The translations under genes were made by a program, and so were the position numbers. A DNA stretch of 64,000 bases from Lophium mytilinum (lineage: Eukaryota), in NCBI GenBank assembly GCA_010093605.1, contig MU004197.1, positions 62,001 through 126,000 on the forward strand. Direction: 5' to 3'. Positions 24,112 through 36,247 of this stretch are shown here, one piece after another. Every line of letters starts with the position of its first letter. Positions within the stretch are counted from its first letter, which is position 1. The notes below the pieces were generated by a model. That model was not told the DNA's origin, searched no databases, and saw only the letters and a program-made list of their open reading frames with translations.

Positions 24112-25559
24112 ATGTTGGGAAGCCTTGTCGGTCGTCTATCGTATTCTATGACGCGCTTCTTTAGCGGGAATGGCTTCGAGCTACCATTCGCGCCCAATCA
24201 CAAATCGGAAGCAGAATTACCTTCAGAGCTCAGCGAGCCTTTGACGGAGTATCGGGATGGTATGACTGAGTATATTCGCGAACAGATCGCGGTTCTATCC
24301 AATCCATATGACTTTGTACCAATGCCCGTAGCTAAGCGGTAAGTGACCCATATCATCTGTGAAGCCGTTTTCAAAAGGCTGACTGCTATAGTCCCCCCAA
24401 AATATACCCACCACCGCCTACCACAAGGACTCTAGCGACTTCCACAAAACGTCTAGAGTTGTCCACAATTCGAACAAGCAAGCGGAAGGCCGCCGATGAA
24501 CAAGACGAGATCTTCGAGTGTGTGCCTTCGAAGCGTCCTAGATTGGCGTACAATGGGGTTACACCTGCGTTCTGCCAGAAGCAGCAAAAGGTCTTCCAGC
24601 GGGCAAATCGATCAGCAGCATCCAAGAAGAGAAACATCGCTCGGCCCCGGCACAGAACTGTGTATTCACTAGACGTGGATATGACGGACATTCTCAAGTC
24701 AGGAACGGAGCTAGAACAGACTACCGCTCCTTTCGGCGCCCACCTCGATAGGGATGTGCCGCCTTCTCATGTGGGTGCTATAACAGGGAACCAGCCAACA
24801 ATAGTACCAGAATCGGTAAAGTTGCCCGATGGTACACCACTTGAGATTGAGCCTATCCTGTTGGGTTGCAACGTTGGAAGTAAGGTCTTGCATTCACCAA
24901 CAAGGATGTGTTCAGCGACACAGCTACCATCATCGGCACTCAATGCTCAAAAGGCGACTTCTGGTCAGAAGTCAGCCATCTCGGGGAGATCCCCGTCGGA
25001 TCCCCTATCTCCATCTCATGCCTACATGGATCCATCCAGCATCGGCAGAGTACACAGCTCCGAGCATTCTCCACTCCACCAGATCGTCCACCAGGGAGCG
25101 GAAACCGCCAACTATGGAAACTCTCCACGGTTGCAGAATTGCTCTACTAAGCATGTGGCAACTGGTGGCACTGCACAACACCATAACACATATCATAACT
25201 CATCAAGCGAAGATGAGAGCTTCCACTCCTCCTCCTCCTCCGGCCGCCGAAGCTACGCGACACCCCCGTCCACCCCTCCACAGTCCGAGCGCGGTGACGA
25301 AGTGACACCGCCTCCTATCGCTCCGAAGCCAAAGCCAACGAGGAAGAACCACAGAGTGCCCAAGATGCCGAACATGCTTGAGGTAGATACTGGAGGTCAC
25401 TGGCAGATTCCCCTCGGGGATGGCTTCCTACGGCGGAGCAAGAGGATAAACCCCGCTATGCAGTCGGACTTGCAGAAGCCCGGCTATATGACGCGGAGGA
25501 AGGCTAAGCTTCTTCAGAGAGCCCGGATTGAGGTTTCTTTGGCGAAGGGGATGCGGTGA
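24112..25559 (+). CDS. Disordered NLS-rich hypothetical protein, divergent partner of copy 3 (exons 24112-24338 and 24392-25559; ~464 aa)
   Basis: A phase-2 intron at 24339-24391 (GTAAGT...GCTGAC...TAG) joins the ORFs in frame. KRKAADE...PSKRPR weakly echoes the motifs of partners 1 and 2. Confidence 0.75.
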
Positions 25560-27359
25560 GGAAAATTCAGATGAGAAAAAGTCTGTTTCCACATTTGGCA
25601 CTCCCAAATGAATATGCTTTTGCCAACGGATTTTTACGTTGGTCGTGGATGCTGCCTTTCCTTTGATACCAATGGGGATCAAAGACGTGGCAAGCAGCCA
25701 CGCGCTAGCTGGCTTCCATTCGACAGAAGTCAAAATAGCGCGATGCGATGTCGCTAGAATGCGAAAACATCGTCACGGAAAAAAAGATCCTGCTCAGCTC
25801 CCCGTGGCTGGTGCTGGCTAGGTGCCGGCGCGAAGGTCGCGACGAAGAGAGCACAAGATGTTCCCCGCAGACCGACAGCAAATGAGCTAGTCACTCTTCA
25901 CAATCCGAGCCCAGAGGTTTCATAAGCATCACCTGCTGAATCTTTGGTCATGGACCTCTCATGGCCACATCAAGGGCTGGATGTGTTTCTACCCGGAGCA
26001 CACCACCGTCATGCTTAGCGCTACTCCACTCAGCTGGCCCATTAGATGCCGCTGCTAGACGGCGGCAAGATGAACGTTTGATCGCGGCTTACAACTCATG
26101 CTGATCAGAAAGCGTGAACAGGTAATGTAATCCCTCTCTGTTCCCATTTGGAGCCACCGTACTTACGTTTGAATCCAGCTTCTTCCCGACTCCCCTTGTG
26201 CGCACCGTTTGTTGGATAAGTCGTCATCTTCCAACTTCGATTTGGGCCACCGATCTGAAAGGTGAGGTGGCCAATGGGCATTTTTTTGCAATATACTTCT
26301 TATCTTACATTTTTATAAGGTAAGATATAACGTCCAACTGATTTTGGGCCATCGTAATTCTCAGATCATACTAATCCATCGGTCAATTTCAGGCACCCCA
26401 AGGCCGCCGCTTCAGGAATCTGAGGATTTGAGAGGAGTCAATTAGGGGAGGAAGGGGAAGGGGTTTTCGTACTTATCACTACAGCGTTGATTTCGTAACA
26501 GTTTTGCGAGTTTGATTTTGTATCTCAGCTCTTCAGTCTAGGAGTCGAGAATGCTTGCTCATCCACACGGCTTTCATATGACTCGTTCGTGATCCAAAGA
26601 CCTTGAACCGGTGCACGTAAGAAGATATCAGTCAAATGTCTTCCAAAGGAACATTGAGGCCTTGACGAAATTTCATGTGGTGCACGTGTGTTGTAGAAGT
26701 TGAAGAGTGAGGTCGGCTCCCGGAAAATCTCTCAACCCGGTACAACTCGTGACGAAAACTTGATGCCACCTTGACGTACACGCACCGATATACCTTACGC
26801 AGTGGAAGAGAACAATAAGAAATAGCATTGGTTTAGTTGCTAAGCCAGTCTTATCAATTCGGATAAAACTAATGCGTCTTGCGGTTTGAAGACATTTCAC
26901 CCTTTCTTTACACCTGACAGTTTCGCGCACCGTTCTAATCAAATACTGTAATACTACGAGACAGGTTTGGGTATAATATCTTCTTTACATCATTGCAACT
27001 TATCGCAAGGGGCAAAGGCACTCCAAACAACTACATATACGCTGATTATCGGCGGGTGGAATTCCTCTAATTCAAGTTCTCAGGAAAACAACGGCCCATA
27101 AAAGGATTTGAGCGCGTCGAGATACCTCTAACGGCGGCGAGCAATTGTGTCTAGACTTTTCTGAGGGTACTGTAAAGTTTCTGATGCGCGGGATATAACT
27201 CAATCATCTACAAATATTCTCGCGCGCGTAATCTTTTTTCAAGCGGGAGTCAAATTCGAAGTGACATCCGGAATCGAGCATGTGTTTTGAAGGTCATATT
27301 ATTTACTCGCACATACTTAACAGAATAAATCGCATCGCCCAAGCCAACACGCATATTAT

Positions 27360-27680
27360 GATACGAGGTTACCGTTTAACAATCGGGATACTTGCCCGCG
27401 GGGCCACTCCTGACAGTGGTACTGGGCATGCAAGAGTAAAAGATTGGTAGTGGTATATCCATGGGTCCTACCGCATGAACCAGTACTATACAGCGAAAGG
27501 CCGCGATGTTACGGGGTTCAAATCATACAACCGTTGCACAGGGTGGTTAGACAAGCATATTTAATCTACAGCCAGGTCCATATCTACTAGCACACAGCCC
27601 TCAGCTCAATCCTATATAGTCCTTTGCAACAACACACAGCTATTAGGCTGTACGTCGTAGCTAGCACCATATAGGAGGAA
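27360..27680 (+). repeat. Duplicated non-coding block (repeat unit plus 3' flank), homologous to 59220-59540
   Basis: Collinear matches include ctcctgacagtgg, gggtcctaccgcatga, gttacggggttcaaatca and acacacagctattaggctgtacgtcgtagctagcaccatatagga. Confidence 0.85.
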
Positions 27681-27885
27681 ATCAAATGCAGGAGGGAAAA
27701 TCTAGCGCCAAAGTGCAAATGAAAAACATAAGAGTTATCTCCCCACATCTGTTCCGCCATTACGCTCTATACCACTGACCAAAGTCTTAACATGTGGCAT
27801 CATACAAAACAAAAGGAAACACTATTGACTAGTTAGTTATACTTCGGTGGGAATAGGCTCGTGATACACTTACATATCGTCATAT

Positions 27886-30800
27886 CTAGGCGCTCTTCAT
27901 CCGTTTTGCGCGCAACGGGAGAGCAGCGACGACTCGCACCTGTGCGCCCTGAACTGCAAGCGAATCATCGCCTTCGCGTCGCCTCTTTTGGCCGGCCACA
28001 AGATTTGCCTGCACTAGAGCCGACCCTGTCACCACGACCGTCTGTGGAGGAGGAGTACTTGGGGAGTTCGCTGCGGGAGTGAGATTTGCCTGAGCAGGAG
28101 CGGACCCTGTCACAATGACTGTTTGTGGAGGAGAGTTACTCGGGGAGTTCGCTGCCGGGGTGAGATCTGTTCGGGTGGTTTCGAGAAAAGATGGGCTTAG
28201 AAGGAATTTGGCTGAATCATCCGCAGAGGATGGTGTCGATTTAGCGTTCATGTCCCACTGTCCTACTCCGTCAATCCCGAAGTCGCTGCTCGAGGCTTCA
28301 AAGGCGGGGACAAGACCCCTTGGTCCTTCCAGAACCCCATGCGATCTTCGGCGGCGGGGTGTGCCGGCGCGAGATCTCTGGCTCCTAATAGGAGTGGCCA
28401 AAATCTCTTTCAACACTTCGTAGTCGTCTGAGAAATCAAAGTCTGGAATGTCCGGAAGAGAAGATGACGGGGCCTTCTTCGCACTGGTCTTCTTGTGAGG
28501 GCTAGGTTGGGTTGTCTCATTCTCACCCGGTTCCCCTGGCATCACTTCGGCAGGTTCTTCGACCCTACGCTTCAGAACACCCTTCTTCGGTGGAGGAGCG
28601 TCTTTGGAGCGTGGAAGCTTCTTCAGCTTCAGCTTAGGCATTCTATCCTCATCGGCAGGAACTTCAGCCCTGCGCTTCAGAGCACCCTTCTTCGGCGGGG
28701 GAGCATTTCTGGAGGACGGGAGCTTCTTTAGCTTGGTCTCTCCCGCGTTGAGTCTCTTCATTTCGCGGTCTGCCTGCTCTTCAATCAAGTAGAGGTCCTC
28801 GAGGGATGGATTTGACCGCGACACTGGGGAGTTGGTCCTTGTGAAACCGCTCTGTTCCCATCTCTCCTTCATGTTGAGGAAAACTGGGTCATCCCAGTCC
28901 GCTCGCTCTGGCCCCTGGGACTTCCATCTCTTGATCTTGTCGCTGTTATTTTCAAAACGATGAGAATTAGTACTGTCGATGGAAACCTGCTGCGGTGTCG
29001 ATGGTGTAGCCTTTGCGGTGCCGTAGTCTGTCGTCGGCAGAATCAAGGTGTCCGACGGTGGTTCTGATAGCTTAACAAGATTGGAATCTAGGGTCTGAGT
29101 GCGTTGTCGCTCTTTGGAATCCGGATTCTCATCTACAGAGCCTTCCTCGGGAGGTTCAACTGACAATCGGCTAGAGTGCTTGAAGGCTTGTTGTGTATCC
29201 GCACTCGCCGAATCGCCATAGACTCCCGGATCCTGGAGCTGATGGAAATACTCAGGCCCAGAGGACGGACCCTCTCCATTTTCTTTGATAATTGGCGCAT
29301 CCTTCTCAACAATTGGAGGCGGCGCCGTGAGTAGGCTGTCCTGTGGTGGTACTTCAGGACGTCGACTGCTGCGCTCCTGTTCCCTGAACTCCTGTTCTCT
29401 GAGCTCCTCCTCTGACGCTCTCCGCTTGCCTTTATCCCTTGACTTGCTCTCGGCATTTGTTTCGGCAAGACTTCGAGTAGTGTTACCGTGCATTTCGTAA
29501 ACCATGTCGCCCAAGAATCCCGAGCCTTGGTTCTCTGCTTCATTTGTTAACTCGTTGGTTTGAGTAATGCTAGTCTGGGCCTCGGACAAATCGGCCAGCC
29601 TCCCCTCAGCCTGGCCGCCATCAGCGGATGGCTTGGTTGTACCGGCTAACCTACCCTCAGCGCCCGCAGAGATAAGTGAGTTTCTAATCCCCAAGTTCGC
29701 AGATTCGGTACGCGTGTTTGCTGCAGATCTAGGCATTATGCGGAATCCTGTGACGTCTTCAGCACCATCTTTGTTTACCGACATACCCGCGTATTCGGAA
29801 GAGGGAGCTGGCATTGGCCATGCCAATGGTCCCAGAATGCTTGAGATGATATGTTCGGTACGAGTTGGCGGCAGAGACTGTGCGGTCAAGATATTTTCGG
29901 GTCGTTGCTGAGGACCGGGACCTAGTAGCTGTTGGCCAATTGCGTTCTGGGATGACGCAGACGACTGCTGGAGGTTTTTGACGAAACTTAGCGAAGAAGC
30001 CTCAGAGCTGCCATTTACTGTGTAATGCGAGTCGCAGTTGGTCATCCGAAAACGATACTCTGGGTTCTCAAACTGCGCCGTGACCGCTGCTCCCGAAGCC
30101 AAGGATGTGCCATTTTGGCCAACGGGCGCATAGCTCATATCGGTGGAGTATGGAAGATTGATCGATTTCTCCAAATGCTCTGCCGGTAAAAGCTTCCGTG
30201 GCAAGGCTCGAGCATAAACCAAGCCTAGTGGTGAATCTAGCGACACGCCGTCCAAGGCGTTGGAGATGGAGTCTACAATATCATCTGTTATCACCATGGC
30301 ATCGTTTGCCTCGACTCTGAAGTCCTGATTGCTAATGATCCCGTGAACCGTTGGCGATTGGGGAGCTTTCTGCGATAATTGAGCCGGCAAAATAGATACT
30401 AAGCCAACGAAAGACGACGTCGTTACCCCAACATAGGGGACTATCTGGCCAGCATTCTGGGAGCTCGGGAGGATGTTCAAGGTATTAGGAGACGCTGTTT
30501 TTGACGAAGTTTCACTAGACAGGTCCATGTCCATTTCATTTGTATCTTGAACTGCCGATGTCTGAGAGGTGGTTTGCGTCGCATACTCCGGTTCGCTGAT
30601 TGTTGGCTGGTCAGAAATGCGGTCTTCTGCAGACGAAGTTCCGTCGTCCAGGTTTTGTATGGTCCGGGAGGGTCTAACGGGCTCATCCACTATTGCAGTG
30701 ACTCCAGCCTTGATACCCGAATCTGATCCATCTTCTTTTGCAGCCTGCTCTACAGTGTGTTCCGAGACTGGTGCAATTGGGCCGGAAATTGGAAGCATCG

Positions 30801-31551
30801 CGACACCTGGCAGGCCCGGTATGGCCGTTTCCTGGACTGCAGGGACTTTGTTGACAATGTCCAGATATCCTGCGCGAGCGAGTAGTAGCGGCATGAGCGA
30901 ACACAAGATAGCTGCGTTCGACTCTCTGTAGTCATGACGCAGAGTGAGAGCCGCGCAGTGAGTCGCGTACCAGGGGAAGGTTATGGCATTGTGCACGACA
31001 AGCCTCATTGTCGACAAGATGGTAACGTCTCCTGCAGACCGAAAGAACATTGTTGTAACATCTTCTGGGGTGCGGAGCGCCGCCTTGCGCGGTGCGCACC
31101 AATGTTGAGGTTGGATAGGCAAGTCCTCGGCGTGGTCTGCGGCACGCGACGTCAAGGTGATCGGTTCAGATAGAACGCTCTGTGACGGAAGCGTTGGACT
31201 GTTGATGAGTTGGTGTAGCAGTGCCACAGAGACACACAAGGCCTCTGGCTTGGACTGGGCGACGAGGAGTCCGATGAAGAGGGAAACACGGAGAGTTGTG
31301 GGCGATTGTATCCACGAGGTAAGAAGGCTCGATGTGGAATTCGGAGGGAGAGGAGCGATGGGTTTAGGGCCATGTCGCGATGTCCGATCGGGCGGCGTAT
31401 CATCTTGCGGCTGGTTCTCCGCGTGGAGAGGTCGGGTGGAATGTTCTACCCCGCGGTCGTGAGGATGAAGTATTGGGCCACCGATGAAAACTCCATTGAA
31501 ATGGTAATGGACGTTTTGGATGTTCTGGATGTTCTGGATGGGGGTAGCCAT
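27886..31551 (-). CDS. Large low-complexity hypothetical protein (1221 aa)
   Basis: Uninterrupted 3.67-kb ATG-initiated ORF with a duplicated basic motif KLKKLP.S..APPPKKG.LKRR and duplicated LTPAANSPS.PPQTV.VTGSA. No domain recognised. Confidence 0.75.
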   Translation of the reverse strand: MATPIQNIQNIQNVHYHFNGVFIGGPILHPHDRGVEHSTRPLHAENQPQDDTPPDRTSRHGPKPIAPLPPNSTSSLLTSWIQSPTTLRVSLFIGLLVAQSKPEALCVSVALLHQLINSPTLPSQSVLSEPITLTSRAADHAEDLPIQPQHWCAPRKAALRTPEDVTTMFFRSAGDVTILSTMRLVVHNAITFPWYATHCAALTLRHDYRESNAAILCSLMPLLLARAGYLDIVNKVPAVQETAIPGLPGVAMLPISGPIAPVSEHTVEQAAKEDGSDSGIKAGVTAIVDEPVRPSRTIQNLDDGTSSAEDRISDQPTISEPEYATQTTSQTSAVQDTNEMDMDLSSETSSKTASPNTLNILPSSQNAGQIVPYVGVTTSSFVGLVSILPAQLSQKAPQSPTVHGIISNQDFRVEANDAMVITDDIVDSISNALDGVSLDSPLGLVYARALPRKLLPAEHLEKSINLPYSTDMSYAPVGQNGTSLASGAAVTAQFENPEYRFRMTNCDSHYTVNGSSEASSLSFVKNLQQSSASSQNAIGQQLLGPGPQQRPENILTAQSLPPTRTEHIISSILGPLAWPMPAPSSEYAGMSVNKDGAEDVTGFRIMPRSAANTRTESANLGIRNSLISAGAEGRLAGTTKPSADGGQAEGRLADLSEAQTSITQTNELTNEAENQGSGFLGDMVYEMHGNTTRSLAETNAESKSRDKGKRRASEEELREQEFREQERSSRRPEVPPQDSLLTAPPPIVEKDAPIIKENGEGPSSGPEYFHQLQDPGVYGDSASADTQQAFKHSSRLSVEPPEEGSVDENPDSKERQRTQTLDSNLVKLSEPPSDTLILPTTDYGTAKATPSTPQQVSIDSTNSHRFENNSDKIKRWKSQGPERADWDDPVFLNMKERWEQSGFTRTNSPVSRSNPSLEDLYLIEEQADREMKRLNAGETKLKKLPSSRNAPPPKKGALKRRAEVPADEDRMPKLKLKKLPRSKDAPPPKKGVLKRRVEEPAEVMPGEPGENETTQPSPHKKTSAKKAPSSSLPDIPDFDFSDDYEVLKEILATPIRSQRSRAGTPRRRRSHGVLEGPRGLVPAFEASSSDFGIDGVGQWDMNAKSTPSSADDSAKFLLSPSFLETTRTDLTPAANSPSNSPPQTVIVTGSAPAQANLTPAANSPSTPPPQTVVVTGSALVQANLVAGQKRRREGDDSLAVQGAQVRVVAALPLRAKRMKSA

Positions 31552-32222
31552 TGTGCCTGCCCGGTACTGGGTAAAGGCACGATGTCAGTTGATGTATCAA
31601 AGGGGGTTGTGATAAGGAGAAGCTGATGGTGTGGGCTGAAAAGTTTGTGGCGCACAACAGTGGATGAAGCAGGAAGGGCAAGATGGTGTGGGCGATGGGT
31701 GGATGCGCTAGACGTACCTGACGCTAGGCCCGGCGTTGATGTTAGTGAATGAGAGAAACGGACTAGGCGTGAACTTGACAGCAGATTAGCACGATACTCT
31801 CTATTCGTATAGTAAGGAGGCGCATGTAATATATGGAGGATATGAGAAACATGATAGCATACCTGTGAGTCCCGAGAGCGACTCGAATGGGAGGTGTTAC
31901 AGAGTGTATGGCGGTTAGGTAGCTGAAGTTGTTGGGGGGCTCCAAAAGCTTGAAGAGAGGTCGTGTTGAGAAAAGAGAGCTTGCTGCAGCTCCGTCGGAG
32001 GAAGTAGTCTAAAGACGCCCAAAGGTAGGTCACGCGAGTCTCTATTGCTGCGATGATTGGAGGAGCTAGCCTCAAATATCATTCACTGCCTTTTTGATGG
32101 TGCCAGGTTTATTATTATGTAACAACATATAGCTACATCAACAGATACTATCAACACAACACACCACTCACACTACTTCGGTCTCACTGCAGCACCACAG
32201 AAACTCAAAAGCACTGTCCACT

Positions 32223-33734
32223 ATGAACGATCTACAGGAAAAGTTCCGCAAACTCAGCCTTGCCTCGAATCCAGCAACTCTCAGCGACTTACCCACGGAA
32301 CTGGCGCACATCATTTGCGAGCATCTTGATACGATGGCCCTGCAGTCACTACGACTGGTCAACAAGATGTTTTGCGACGTCGTAGACGAACATCTCATAC
32401 CGAAGGTTACCTACCGTTTCCAAGAAAAGTCTTGGAAACATCTGGATTCGATGCTTAAACACCCAGTGTTCAAGAACCAGATTACTGCCCTGTGTATCGA
32501 CACTAGAAGTGTTATCTATAATATTACAGACGATGATCGCCGCCAATACTTGGAAATGCTGCCAGCGCGTTTCAAACTTCTCTCTTTGACCGGCATCGAA
32601 TACCTGATCGAGAATGACCCGTCTTTTCTTTCGGAGATTAGTCATCCCTCTTTCAACATCTGTGATCTACTTGGGAGGCTGAAGGACCAACAACAGCAGG
32701 CGAAATGGCAGACAAAGCTGTACGCTGTCAGGGAATCTCTTGGCGTCGTCAAAGGGGTAAAGAGTAAACCCCGCAATCATCTCACGAAGTTACTGGCATC
32801 CATGCCAAAGTTGACCGACGTCCACATTCGATCGAAATACCCGGGGGGGTCACTCATTCACAAGGCCGTGGATCGCCGCACATGCTTAGTCAACGGTTCG
32901 GCTAACGGTGACATCCGGAATTTCAATATGATGCACACGCTTTTCTTGGCCTGCAGCCACTCGAAGAAGACAATTACCAGACTGACCGTCGACAAGGTCA
33001 CACACCACTTCCTTTTCAACCGTGCTGCTACCTCTGAGAGCAAGACAAGGGGCAGGCGGATTGATCAGGTCACAGAAAGCTTGAACAGCATCAGTCTCGA
33101 GGTAACTGCCAATGAGAAGGGGTGGAATCCTGAAAATTATACTACGATTAGACACTGCCGCCAGGTGTTTGTGGGCGGTCACTTCTACGACTTCATTCGA
33201 AACATGACAATGCTACGCACAATGCACGTCAGGATGAGCCCAACCTTCTTGCTAGTACCGCGCACACGCCGAACGGTCTTTCCTGGAGTTTTCAGCAGCA
33301 TGTTCGGCCAGGCCATCTGGCCTAAGCTTGAGGAGTTCTCCATCGGCAACATTGAAGCTAGCGAGGAGAGCTTGATTTTCTTCATCTCTGCCCACAAAGC
33401 CACGCTCAAGAAATTCCATCTCGAAACGATCATGCTTTCCACAGGCTGCTGGGCATCGCTTCTTCCTAGGCTCCGGGACGTTATCGCCTCTACGGATACC
33501 AAGCTCGAAACCATCACCTTGCGCGGTCATCTATTGGAGCAGGTCAACGATCCCCGCATCGCCTTCGAAGAGATCATTTGCGATGGTGTCGATGGCTTCC
33601 AAGCTAGACGAGCACAAGCACAGCAGACTCAGGTCGAAGCCTACATCAACAACGGGGGCCGATGCCCAGTGACCATGGACAACCCGCGATGCGAGCCCCG
33701 TCGCCATCAGCCACTCTTTCCGGTCATCTTTTAA
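32223..33734 (+). CDS. F-box protein with an LRR/RNI-like C-terminal region (503 aa)
   Basis: N-terminal LSDLPTELAHIICEHLDTMALQSLRLVNKMF is an F-box motif. C-terminal WPKLEEFSIGNI...HKATLKKFHLETIML...W is typical of fungal F-box families. Confidence 0.85.
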   Translation: MNDLQEKFRKLSLASNPATLSDLPTELAHIICEHLDTMALQSLRLVNKMFCDVVDEHLIPKVTYRFQEKSWKHLDSMLKHPVFKNQITALCIDTRSVIYNITDDDRRQYLEMLPARFKLLSLTGIEYLIENDPSFLSEISHPSFNICDLLGRLKDQQQQAKWQTKLYAVRESLGVVKGVKSKPRNHLTKLLASMPKLTDVHIRSKYPGGSLIHKAVDRRTCLVNGSANGDIRNFNMMHTLFLACSHSKKTITRLTVDKVTHHFLFNRAATSESKTRGRRIDQVTESLNSISLEVTANEKGWNPENYTTIRHCRQVFVGGHFYDFIRNMTMLRTMHVRMSPTFLLVPRTRRTVFPGVFSSMFGQAIWPKLEEFSIGNIEASEESLIFFISAHKATLKKFHLETIMLSTGCWASLLPRLRDVIASTDTKLETITLRGHLLEQVNDPRIAFEEIICDGVDGFQARRAQAQQTQVEAYINNGGRCPVTMDNPRCEPRRHQPLFPVIF

Positions 33735-34020
33735 GAAGCGGATTAGGGTGTCGGTAAGATTGGTATTGGTGAAGTTGAGAGTGTATCTTTAGTAGCCACT
33801 GTCTGAGGTGGCTCGGCAAGCTTTGCGGTAGTTCCAATCATCAAATTCCAGTATTTTCACATTGCATTGGGGGACTTCAAGTAGCGGCCAATAGACGTAC
33901 ACGTATGAATCTACAGCAATTCAATATCCAGGCAGAAGCACATCCGTAGTCTTTCCACGCTGTGATTTCGATGTGAAGATTGATGCCGCAAGAACTGAGT
34001 GGCGTTTTGTCTGAACGATG

Positions 34021-34690
34021 GGGGCGCTCCAGACGGTGGCGTCAAACAGGCAAGAATCAAGCTAAAGGAGGGTGATATCGTATGCGTCTCTCTGGGGCTA
34101 AAATATTCCGCCTCGTTAAGGCATTTGTGTGCTAATGCAATGCATATTAGGCTACTCTTCAGCTAGCTTGAAATTGACTAGCTAGGCTACCTCCTACAGT
34201 GGCGTCGGACAAGCAAGACTAAAGTCAAGTTAGGTTAATATAGCATCTATAAACCCGAGGACATAGTTTTACCCTATTGAATTATATACGTGTCGATGAG
34301 GTGGACATTAGGCTACTCTTTGACAGCCAACAAACCTACTAGCTAGGGCGCTCCTGACAGTGGCGTCGAACAGGCAAGACTAAAGTTGAAGTAGGGTAAT
34401 ATCCTATCTCCAGGCGTAGAGATGGAATAATCGCTCCACGAAGCATATAGGTGTCAATAAGGTAAGTATTAGGCTGTTTCTTATCTAGCTAGAGATCTAC
34501 TAGCTAGGGCACCCCTAACGGTGGTATCATACAGGCAAGGCTGAAGCTTGAGCAGGGCTATATCCATCTATATGCCTGCAGCTGTAATAATCACTTCGTC
34601 GGAGCATCTATATAGTGAAGCAGTTGATATTGGGCGACGTTCTGGCTAGCTAGAAACTAACAAGCCAGGCCACCTCTCACAGTGGCGCGG
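34021..34690 (+). repeat. Diverged tandem array, ~161-bp unit, 4 full units and 5 cores
   Basis: Core GTGGY at 34036, 34199, 34360, 34521 and 34682 (spacings 163, 161, 161, 161). Blocks ATTAGGCTAC and CAGGCAAG recur. Confidence 0.9.
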
Positions 34691-34691
34691 C

Positions 34692-36247
34692 TCAATCATC
34701 CAACTCCCATTCCCTATCAGTATCCTGCGTAACTGGGCAATCCCCCCCGTTCACCAAGTACTCGCGAAGCCTGCCAGCCGCCCTCGGCTGACTGAAATTG
34801 TATGCTCTGAAGCGCGCTGGCGGCGAGGAACCATCCTCACATTCGTAAAGACCGCCTTCAAATGAGACATGGTGGATTGACCCGACGTTGATGATCCCAT
34901 GTAGTCGTGGCAGGGCAGAAAACCAGGCTCCAGCCATGAGTTTGATGCGTCGGATCTCCAGAACCTCAAGAGTATTGCCGTATCTCCGCAGAAACGCAAC
35001 CAGCTCCTCTTCGGCAGTGGCGATGTAGTTTAGCTTTAAGACCTTCAAGTTGCGCAGATGTAGTGTGCCAAACATTTCACCCAACGATATCCATGTAACA
35101 TTCCGGCGTGAGATTGGGCGCATGTGATGGGATTGGAGAGTAAGTTCCTCCAGCTTCTTCAGGTTTCCCAAGAACGCCGTGAGATGGCCACTCCTCCAGG
35201 AATTTGAGCTGGTGACCCAATCCGCGCCTTCAAAGTGCAGCTAGGAATCTCCGTTGATGTTGTACCAAACAGCCGGCCTGAAGTTGATATGTAAATGGGT
35301 GAGGTTGGCTGTTACTTATGCCATATCGTCCGTACATCCATCCAGTATTCTAAGAAGCGTTGGGAAAGCTGTTTAATAGATAGTCTCTTCAGCTTTATTC
35401 TAGCGTTTAAGTATGCTATTAGCAATATTAGTAGCTGGTGTTCCCCCGTCTTAAATCTTGGTGCTCGCAGTCCGTTTGTATATATCTACTAAAGTGTGTT
35501 AAATTCGCCTCGTGATAGTTTGATACTCTGTAGGGCTGGAAAACTCTTCACAACGCGCGAGACCATTTCCCAGGCCTTGTTTCCCTCCTAAAGTTTCCTT
35601 TGCCAGCTATAGAGGTCGCAGTACTGCTGGTAAGCCTAATCGACCAATGAGTTGGCTGGGATAATATCCGGGCGGTTGGATACCACGGATGCGACCCTGG
35701 AGTACCAGATAGCCCACGTTTCTGCCGGGTATTTGCGAAGATCCACCGTAAGCTCCTTAATAGCATTCTGGTAGAGCTCGCGGTTGGTGTTGGCGAGGCA
35801 GTCTCTGTGCATGGTTGGATTACGGCGCTTGATATCTTGCTGAATCTTGGTGCCATCTATCGTTGGAAAGAGGCCAAGTTCCTGGGCTTTTGTTCACGCA
35901 GTGTGCCATTTGAAGATTACATTAAAGAACGCGCGATCGGCGAGGTCTGGAATGGTGCAGCTCCTATTCAGTCTGAGAGTGCTAACATGTGATGGAACAG
36001 CTTGATGTCGCAGAATCTTGGATATCTTATTGAAGCTCTCTGGCTCGAATTCTACGGTGACGCGATGCAGAATGTGACTAGCTCCCATCTCACCGAGCGT
36101 CTTGTTGGTAAGACGGAGGGACATGAGGTCGGACACATCGAGATGGTCGCAGATCAGGTGAAGGATCTCCGCAGCGAGGGCATCAATACTAGTCTCTGCG
36201 CCATCAAGCGCCATTCGCGCCAGAATTTGTTGTAGTTCTTCTGTCAT
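34692..36247 (-). pseudogene. F-box pseudogene, paralog of 32223-33734
   Basis: F-box IDALAAEILHLICDHLDVSDLMSLRLTNKTL. C-terminus LREYLVNGGDCPVT matches VEAYINNGGRCPVT. In-frame stops at 35894 (TGA) and at 35636, 35588, 35489 and 35486 (TAG). Confidence 0.85.

Noticed and set aside
25860..26500. Possible spliced minus-strand gene (GTAAGT donor near 26166)
   Set aside because: No consistent open exon chain or recognisable protein could be assembled.
31446..32075. 209-aa ORF upstream of the 27886-31551 gene
   Set aside because: Non-ATG start, promoter/5'UTR-like composition and no domain signal.
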